In this document: positions 57,286-64,000 of the stretch, piece by piece
How positions within the stretch are numbered: the first letter of the stretch is position 1
Layout of the letters: each line of letters begins with the position of its first letter
Origin: a virus
Strand: one strand, 5' to 3'
DNA length: 64,000 bases
Virus record (IMG/VR): IMGVR_UViG_3300010354_000045
Span: 1 to 64,000 of that record
The notes under the pieces: model-generated
Told to the model about the DNA's origin: nothing
The model's input: the letters and a program-made list of their open reading frames with translations, nothing else
The model's database searches: none
Translations under genes and position numbers: made by a program

Positions 57286-58108
57286 CTCCGCCCTCAGAAT
57301 ATCTTCTAACAGCAGCTTCATGTTCGCCCTGTCCTGTTCTACTATAACTGGGATTCATACCGTTAATTTCTAAAATATCGTCTCTAATGTTTTGATTGCG
57401 TTTTTCAATGTTGATAACTCTAACGAATGAATTAGTGACAGCAGCAGTAAAGTAAGCAAAAGGATTATCAGATTTACTTTCATCGAATTGTAGTCCTATC
57501 TGTGTTAGTTGTAAAATTGCTTGGCCTTTCATTTCGTCGTTATAGGTATAACCACGCACGTTGCCTCTTGTGGCATAACGCTCGCAAAGTTTGATCATCA
57601 TTCTTGCTAGATTATTTGTAATTTGTCCAGCATCTTTGTCAAAATGTCCTTTTATAAGATCACCTTTCCAATGAGACTTTCCTACACACTCTAGTTCATC
57701 AGATTCATTAAATTTCCAATGCTGAAAAGGAGGAAAGTTAACTTTGTCTCTATGATCAGCTTGACTTTTAGGATTTTTCTTTCTGGTACTGTTCATAGGA
57801 ATATGATCGAAAGTCATAATCCTAAAGATTAAATCTGTCTTAGGAATTTTTTTGTAGTCTATTTCGCAGTCAGCTTGTTTGACTTTTTCGCCCGCGGATT
57901 TACGACGTTCATAGTCTTCTTGTCCCAATCGTTTGGCTCTATTGCGTTTAGCTTCTGCTATAGTCCTAATATTAATTTTTTCTAAACTTGGTAAGATAAT
58001 GTCGTATTGGTGATGTTCGGGTTGAGTAAAACTACAATACGAGCTTTTCGATTTATGTATTTCTGATAACATATCCTTGTTGTTTAGATAGTTTATTTTT
58101 GTAGTCAT
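57278..58108 (-). CDS. gp55: Late-transcription sigma factor
   Basis: YLNNKD N-term, RGYTYNDEM, FDESKSDNPFAYFT..F.R.I..EK. Confidence 0.9.
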   Translation of the reverse strand: MTTKINYLNNKDMLSEIHKSKSSYCSFTQPEHHQYDIILPSLEKINIRTIAEAKRNRAKRLGQEDYERRKSAGEKVKQADCEIDYKKIPKTDLIFRIMTFDHIPMNSTRKKNPKSQADHRDKVNFPPFQHWKFNESDELECVGKSHWKGDLIKGHFDKDAGQITNNLARMMIKLCERYATRGNVRGYTYNDEMKGQAILQLTQIGLQFDESKSDNPFAYFTAAVTNSFVRVINIEKRNQNIRDDILEINGMNPSYSRTGQGEHEAAVRRYSEGGDD

Positions 58109-58131
58109 CTAGATATTCCTATGCTTTAAAT

Positions 58132-58160
58132 ATTATAAAGTACGTACATTATAAAGTCAA
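58132..58160 (-). promoter_or_regulatory. Sigma70-type promoter of the gp55-gp47-gp46 operon
   Basis: TTGACT-17 nt-TATAAT on minus strand; divergent TAAATA at 58162-58167. Confidence 0.8.
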
Positions 58161-58190
58161 ATAAATAATGTACCAAAGAGGGAAACTATT

Positions 58191-59144
58191 ATGGCATTTA
58201 ATATTGGCCAAGGATTAAATTCAACAATAGGTGCTGCAACTAGTGCAGTGGGGGCGATCGGAAGTGCTTCAAACTTGTTGTCAAACATTCGTCTTGATTC
58301 AGCTGGCCTTACTAATATTGCCGAAGGTATCGGTGATATTGTTGACGCAGTTGCAGCGTTTGATGACGATAATGCTAATGATTGGCGTGTCAGGTTAAGT
58401 CTTCCTTCTAGGGCAGCATTTAGGCAAAGTCCAGTTTTTGCACCATTAAAGGATGCCGGGGGTTGTGTTTTTCCATATACTCCGTCAATTACCATCCAAT
58501 CAAGTGCTAATTATACTGCAATACCTACAGTTCATACAAATTACACTTTCCAAGCATATAAGAGCAGTGATCCAGGTTCAATCGGTATTACTGCACCAAT
58601 GTACGTAGAAGATCAAACACAAGGATTGTACTGGGTAGCTATGGTACATTATTTACGTAGCTTAACCAAAATGTTTAGCGGATCTGATCCTAAGGCAGGT
58701 AATCCACCGCCTATTGTTTTTCTAAATGGTTATGGAAACTATGTGTTTAAGAATGTCCCTGTGGTAGTAAAAGATATGAAAGTTACCATTGGTAATCAAT
58801 GTGATTATATTGGAGTTGAAGTAGTTGGATCAGCAGCAGGTGCAATTGAAGGAGTCTCCGATAGTTTAGGCGGACTCGCAGACACATTAGGTGGTGCCCT
58901 TCCTCAGTTATCGGGAATTACCAGCACTGTAAGTTCTATTGCAGGTGGTGTTGGCCAAGTAGCTGGCATTTTAGGTAGTTTAGGATTAGGCGGAAAAACT
59001 AGTGGCGGTATCACTCATGTTCCGACTAAGAGTGAATTCACAGTTACGTTAATGCCTGTTTACAGTAGAAACAGCGTCCGTAAATTTAGTCTTGAAAGAT
59101 TTGCTCAAGGCGGATATCTAAACAATCCATTTGGTTATATTTAA
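58191..59144 (+). CDS. Baseplate tail-tube initiator/cap-like protein
   Basis: VFPYTP.I, HYLRSLTKMF, GNPPPIVFLNGYG..F.NVPVVV; precedes gp53. Confidence 0.65.
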   Translation: MAFNIGQGLNSTIGAATSAVGAIGSASNLLSNIRLDSAGLTNIAEGIGDIVDAVAAFDDDNANDWRVRLSLPSRAAFRQSPVFAPLKDAGGCVFPYTPSITIQSSANYTAIPTVHTNYTFQAYKSSDPGSIGITAPMYVEDQTQGLYWVAMVHYLRSLTKMFSGSDPKAGNPPPIVFLNGYGNYVFKNVPVVVKDMKVTIGNQCDYIGVEVVGSAAGAIEGVSDSLGGLADTLGGALPQLSGITSTVSSIAGGVGQVAGILGSLGLGGKTSGGITHVPTKSEFTVTLMPVYSRNSVRKFSLERFAQGGYLNNPFGYI

Positions 59145-59147
59145 ATT

Positions 59148-59447
59148 ATGTCTACATATACATCAACAAGTCCTTGGTACTTAACAGAATTAAAACAAGA
59201 TTATTTAGATGTGCTGACTATTAGGCCAGTTAGTGCAGAACCTGATGATTATTTGTTTACAATAGTTCCTCAATATGCCTACAGGCCAGATTTATTAGCA
59301 CATGATTTATACGGTGAAGCAGGCCTGTGGTGGGTGTTTACTCAAAGAAATTTAGATGTACTACAAGATCCTATATTTGATTTTATTCCTGGTAAAAAAA
59401 TTTATTTGCCTAAACCGTCTAGTTTAAAAGAAGTGCTTGGATTATAA
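59148..59447 (+). CDS. gp53: Baseplate wedge subunit (LysM-like)
   Basis: YRPDLLAHDLYG...LWWVF..N...DP.FDF.PG..I.LP. Confidence 0.85.
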   Translation: MSTYTSTSPWYLTELKQDYLDVLTIRPVSAEPDDYLFTIVPQYAYRPDLLAHDLYGEAGLWWVFTQRNLDVLQDPIFDFIPGKKIYLPKPSSLKEVLGL

Positions 59448-59448
59448 T

Positions 59449-61677
59449 ATGTCTTTAATTAATGCAGCTACTAATGCTGTCAGTACTGTTACAAATACAT
59501 TATCAAGTTCAGGCCCTGCAACAGCGTTGTCGGGCATAGCAAATTCATTAACTGGCAAACTAAGTTCTTTAGGATCAATTTTTAAAACTGTTCCTGGTAT
59601 TAAGTTGCCTTTACCGAATCCATTGTTTAATTATGCAACCTATGATTATGTTTTGACCTTAGGTTGTCTAACAGATAAAGAAATTAACAATCCGGATTCG
59701 ACATACCTTGCAGGCAAACCGTTTAAAATTATTTGTAAATCTGCTAATGCTGACCCTAATAATCGAGTTAATACACCCTACGGTAAATTTGATTTTTTCT
59801 TTGATCATTTACAAATGAAAAGTCAAATTGGTCTAGATGCTGCTAGTACAACAAATGTTACTAATTTAGAATTTACTATAAGAGAACCTTATAGTATGGG
59901 AATGTTTATTATTTCATGCCAGACGATAGCGCAACAATTAGGCCATAACAATTTTAGAGAAGCTCCGTTTATTTTGACTATAGAATTTAGAGGTAATAAA
60001 GAAACGGGGCAAATGAATAATATACCTGGAACAAAAAGATTTTTAGCTTTTAATTTTAGTGATATTTCAATGAAAGTCAGTGAAATGGGTAGTATCTATA
60101 AATGTATAGCTATGCCGTTTAATCAAGGTGCGTTAGCTGATGTAACAGCTAATTTTAAAAGCGATGTTAGTATTACAGGAGATACAGTTCGAAGCATACT
60201 TCAAACTGGAGAAAACAGTTTACAAGCAGTTGTTAATAAAAAATTTAAAGAAATGGCACAAACTGCTAGTAATAAAGAAGCTGGTATTGTAACAGTACCA
60301 GACGAAATTGTAATTTTATTTCCTCAAGACATAGCATCTAACTCTACTCCGACAGAATCTAAATCTGAAAATAATTCATCAGCAACTACTACGCCAACAG
60401 AATCAGATGCGGCTACTATTTTTAAAAAATTAGGAGTTAGCAGAAGCACCGTCAATGAAACTTTAGTTCAACAGGCAGGTGATTGTAACGCAATTGGGCA
60501 AGCAGAATTAGGATTTAGCGCTGCTAGAAGAGGCGATTCCCCTTCGGGTAAAGATAATCTTGTCTGGGATCCTGCTAAAAAAGTATATGTTCGATCGGAA
60601 AATCCTATAAATTTAAAAATGTCCGATATGAAATTTGCTCAAGATACTGATATTCCTAATGCTATTAATCAAACTATTCTTTCAAGTAAATTTGTTGTTG
60701 AAACATTAGATGTAAACAATTTAACTAAAGAAGGCATGCGTAATTGGTGGAGAATAGATACGCAAGTTTATAACATAGGCGAAGTACAAAAAGCAACCGG
60801 AGTAAAACCTAAACTGTATGTTTATAGGGTAGTTCCGTATGAAGTACACGCTAGTAGAATGATAGCCCCAAATTTAAAAGCTCCAGGGTTTGATGCTTTA
60901 AAAGCTCAAGCAGTTAAACATTACAACTACTTTTATACCGGTAAAAATGTAGATGTTATAAGTTTTGACATTGATATTAATCAAGGATTTATCAGTACAA
61001 TGAGTGCTGATGGTTTAGAAAAGTCACAAGATGTTAAAACAGCAGCACAATCTAGCGCCGATGCTGATCCAATACCTACTGGAAATCCTGTTGGTCCGGG
61101 AGAGCTTCCTTCTAATGAATTAGGAACTACGCCAACTATTGTAAAATATATCGGAACTAATACAAGTTCTGATAGAAAAGGTGGAGGCGGCAAAGAAACA
61201 CCTGGTCAACGTGCTGCTAGAAATTTCATGGATGCCGTTACAAATTCAAATAATTTATATAATTTAAACATGAAAATAATTGGCGATCCTTATTTTATAG
61301 TTCAAAGCGGCATTGGAAACTATACAGCCAAAGCAACTCAGTACAAGAATTTAAATTTAGACGGTACTGTAAATTATCAAAACGGTGAAGTTGATATTTT
61401 AGTTAATTTTAGAACACCAATTGATATCAATCAAACTTCCGGTATGTATGATTTTGGAAAAAATGCTAAAAGTGCCCCAGTAATGCAATTCAGCGGATTG
61501 TATAATGTTACCGAAGTAACCAGCACATTTAGTAACGGACAGTTTACTCAGGTTCTTACAGGGTTCAGAAGACCAAGTCAAGAAAACAAAACAGAAGCCA
61601 CACCAAATCAAACGTTCAATACAGGTAATCAACGAGTCGACACTACTAACCAATATGGAGATAATTTAAGTGAGTAA
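59449..61677 (+). CDS. Baseplate hub protein (gp27/late control D-like)
   Basis: F.I.EPYS, PFILTIEFRG, IIGDPYF, FSGLY.VT.V.S.F.NGQFTQ.L; between gp53 and gp5. Confidence 0.65.
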   Translation: MSLINAATNAVSTVTNTLSSSGPATALSGIANSLTGKLSSLGSIFKTVPGIKLPLPNPLFNYATYDYVLTLGCLTDKEINNPDSTYLAGKPFKIICKSANADPNNRVNTPYGKFDFFFDHLQMKSQIGLDAASTTNVTNLEFTIREPYSMGMFIISCQTIAQQLGHNNFREAPFILTIEFRGNKETGQMNNIPGTKRFLAFNFSDISMKVSEMGSIYKCIAMPFNQGALADVTANFKSDVSITGDTVRSILQTGENSLQAVVNKKFKEMAQTASNKEAGIVTVPDEIVILFPQDIASNSTPTESKSENNSSATTTPTESDAATIFKKLGVSRSTVNETLVQQAGDCNAIGQAELGFSAARRGDSPSGKDNLVWDPAKKVYVRSENPINLKMSDMKFAQDTDIPNAINQTILSSKFVVETLDVNNLTKEGMRNWWRIDTQVYNIGEVQKATGVKPKLYVYRVVPYEVHASRMIAPNLKAPGFDALKAQAVKHYNYFYTGKNVDVISFDIDINQGFISTMSADGLEKSQDVKTAAQSSADADPIPTGNPVGPGELPSNELGTTPTIVKYIGTNTSSDRKGGGGKETPGQRAARNFMDAVTNSNNLYNLNMKIIGDPYFIVQSGIGNYTAKATQYKNLNLDGTVNYQNGEVDILVNFRTPIDINQTSGMYDFGKNAKSAPVMQFSGLYNVTEVTSTFSNGQFTQVLTGFRRPSQENKTEATPNQTFNTGNQRVDTTNQYGDNLSE

Positions 61678-63181
61678 TACTGATTTATACCATATTTCTA
61701 GCGGCGATCCTGCCCCAAGGCCAGGACCTTATCTAGCAAGAGTAATCAGCCATCTTGATCCTACTTATATGGGAATGTTAGAAGTAGAGTTATTAAGACC
61801 GGGGGGTAACAATCCTAGTTCTGGATCAATACACATGGTAAGTTATATGAGTCCTTTCTACGGAGTTACTAGTATTTCCTATGCTAAAGAAATTAATGAT
61901 TATAATAATACACAAAAGAGTTATGGTATGTGGATGGTTCCTCCGGATCCCGGCACAGTAGTTGTTGTTATTTTTATTGATGGTAATTTTAAGTACGGGT
62001 ATTGGATAGGTTGTGTTCAAGATGAATTTATGAATTTTATGGTCCCGGGACTAGCAGCAACTAGTCAAGTAGTTGATGAAACTGACAGAATGCCTACCGG
62101 AGAATACAATAGAAAAGCTACAGAAGGTCAAACAGTAATTGTTTCAGATCCTGAAAAATTAAAAAAACCTCGACATCCGTTAGCAGATGCGTTAGAAGCA
62201 CAAGGTTTACTTAAAGACGACATTAGAGGAATAACAACATCAAGTGCTAGGAGAGAAACTCCCAGTATGGTGTTTGGTATTAGCACTCCCGGACCTTTAG
62301 ATAAACGTCCAGGCGCTCAAACAGGAACAAAGGGAAAAGTAGACAATTTAATTGTTAATGCACCAGTTAGTCGGTTAGGCGGAACAACTTTTGTAATGGA
62401 TGACGGTGACGACAAATATATTCGTAAGACATCGGCTAGTGACGGCCCTCCAGAGTACGAAGCAGTTGAGCAATTAGGTGAAGGAGAAACTCCAACGGGC
62501 GACGAAACTATTCCTCATAACGAGCTGTTTAGAATAAGGACAAGAACTGGCCATCAAATTTTGTTACATAATAGTGAAGATTTAATTTATATTGGTAATG
62601 CTCGCGGTACTACTTGGATTGAATTAACTAGCGACGGAAAGATTGATATCTACGCAGAAGACAGTATTAGTTTACATACAAAACAAGATTTAAATTTTTA
62701 TGCAGATAGAGATATTAACATTGAAGCAGGTAGAAATTTTAATTTAAAAGTTGCCGAACGCCATCAGACTGAAGTTGGCGCAGATAAAATTTTAATTGTT
62801 GATAATGATAATTTTATTAGAGTAACAGGAGTTAATAATACTACAGCAGGCGGGTTATTTCAGGTAAAAGCTGCCGGAACAAATATAGACGGTGGTGAAA
62901 TACACCTAAATTCTAATAACTTTGCCGGAAATAATTCAGAAGATGTTCCGCCTTTAACAACTTTTGCGAACCCAACAGAAAATTCTGAAACAACTATAGA
63001 AAGTATTATGTTACGTATACCTAGCCATGAACCATGGCCACATCATGAAAATTTAAATCCTATAGATTTTAAACCAGCAATGACTGATAGGGAAATAGGA
63101 TCATCAATTTCTATACCAGATTCGTGGAAAGAGTATACAACAACAACTGACACATTTCAAAAAATTAAAGGAGCGGGATAA
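61670..63181 (+). CDS. gp5: Baseplate central spike (gp5/VgrG-like, no evident lysozyme)
   Basis: OB-fold DPTYMG.L.V, SYGMWMVPPD.G..V.V.F; RTRTGHQI, WIELTSDGKIDIY beta-helix. Confidence 0.8.
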   Translation: MSNTDLYHISSGDPAPRPGPYLARVISHLDPTYMGMLEVELLRPGGNNPSSGSIHMVSYMSPFYGVTSISYAKEINDYNNTQKSYGMWMVPPDPGTVVVVIFIDGNFKYGYWIGCVQDEFMNFMVPGLAATSQVVDETDRMPTGEYNRKATEGQTVIVSDPEKLKKPRHPLADALEAQGLLKDDIRGITTSSARRETPSMVFGISTPGPLDKRPGAQTGTKGKVDNLIVNAPVSRLGGTTFVMDDGDDKYIRKTSASDGPPEYEAVEQLGEGETPTGDETIPHNELFRIRTRTGHQILLHNSEDLIYIGNARGTTWIELTSDGKIDIYAEDSISLHTKQDLNFYADRDINIEAGRNFNLKVAERHQTEVGADKILIVDNDNFIRVTGVNNTTAGGLFQVKAAGTNIDGGEIHLNSNNFAGNNSEDVPPLTTFANPTENSETTIESIMLRIPSHEPWPHHENLNPIDFKPAMTDREIGSSISIPDSWKEYTTTTDTFQKIKGAG

Positions 63182-63627
63182 TGAGTTCTAGTGCTAATCT
63201 ATACAATAAAATTACTTTACCGGCTGCTCCTAATAATCTTAAAGAAATTTCTCCTAAGATGTACAAAGGGTTTAGTTCTGTATCTGTAGATACAGAAAAT
63301 TTTAAGCTATATGATTTAGATTTAATCAAACAAGATTTGATTAATCATTTTTATGTACGTCAGGGCGAGAGATTAATGCAGCCAGAATTTGGAACAATCA
63401 TATGGGATCTATTATTTGAGCCCCTTACTGAACAGGTTAAAGATCTTATTTTACAAAATGTTAACAACATCATTAATTATGATCCTAGAATAAAAGCAGA
63501 AAGAGTTATAGTTACAAGTTACGAAAGCGGCATACAAATTGAATGTTATCTAACGTATAGGCCGTATAATCTTAGTGAAGTGTTAAAGCTACGGTTTGAT
63601 CAAGCAAACGGATTGCTTGCACAATAA
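63181..63627 (+). CDS. gp25: Baseplate wedge subunit
   Basis: LIKQDLINHF..RQGERLMQPEFGTIIWDLLFEP, YDPRI. Confidence 0.9.
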   Translation: MSSSANLYNKITLPAAPNNLKEISPKMYKGFSSVSVDTENFKLYDLDLIKQDLINHFYVRQGERLMQPEFGTIIWDLLFEPLTEQVKDLILQNVNNIINYDPRIKAERVIVTSYESGIQIECYLTYRPYNLSEVLKLRFDQANGLLAQ

Positions 63628-63674
63628 ACTACCCAGAAAATTTTATTCAATAAATATAAGATATAGGATAAATT

Positions 63675-64000
63675 ATGAGTTCAATCGATAGACAAAATAG
63701 ACTTTTAGTCGCAGAAGATTGGAAAAAAGTATACCAATCATTCCGTAATGCTGACTTTCAAAGCTATGACTTTGAAAATTTGCGTCGTACGATGATCGAT
63801 TATATTCGTCAAAATTATCCAGAAGATTTTAATGATTACATTGAATCTAGTGAGTATCTTGCACTCATTGATCTAATAGCGTTTTTAGGCCAAAGCATAG
63901 CATTCCGTGTTGATTTAAACGCTAGGGAAAACTTTTTAGAACTAGCAGAACGTAGAGAAAGTGTGTTGCGTTTAGCTAGATTAATCAGTTACAATGCAAA
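63675..64000 (+). CDS. gp6: Baseplate wedge subunit (5' part, truncated)
   Basis: MSSIDRQNRLL..DFENLR..DFNDYIESSE..ENFLELAERRESVLRLA..ISYN; not in ORF track. Confidence 0.88.
   Translation, partial: MSSIDRQNRLLVAEDWKKVYQSFRNADFQSYDFENLRRTMIDYIRQNYPEDFNDYIESSEYLALIDLIAFLGQSIAFRVDLNARENFLELAERRESVLRLARLISYNA

Noticed and set aside
472-64000. Stop-codon reassignment
   Set aside because: Core genes are full length under the standard code; the only break (gp21) is a frameshift

Overview
AT-rich 64-kb segment of a large T4-superfamily myovirus, covering most of the virion morphogenesis region. It encodes the terminase (gp16, gp17), head completion gp4, tail tube and an enlarged sheath (gp19, gp18), neck gp13/14/15 and a ~24-kb tail-fibre/adhesin block. 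It also holds the head module (portal gp20, core protein, protease gp21 split by a 1-nt frameshift, scaffold gp22, capsid gp23), the tape measure with a divergent gp26/gp51-like chaperone locus, an early operon (gp55 late sigma, gp47, gp46, Hc1-like, GIY-YIG endonuclease) and baseplate genes (gp53, hub, gp5, gp25, start of gp6). Late genes carry a TAAATA promoter; the two non-structural units (gp1 and the gp55 operon) carry near-consensus sigma70 promoters. The most notable unexplained signals are: (1) a ~480-nt hairpin-dense non-coding element just downstream of the GIY-YIG gene, a candidate large ncRNA or RNA-primed origin with a two-fold symmetric repeated motif; (2) a T TTT TTC -1 slippery site that would fuse the gp26-like gene to an unannotated 77-codon ORF; (3) apparently leaderless late transcripts; (4) two structured late 5' leaders; (5) a set of capsid-targeted, possibly protease-processed internal proteins. 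All assignments come from motif recognition by eye; no database searches or folding programs were run.
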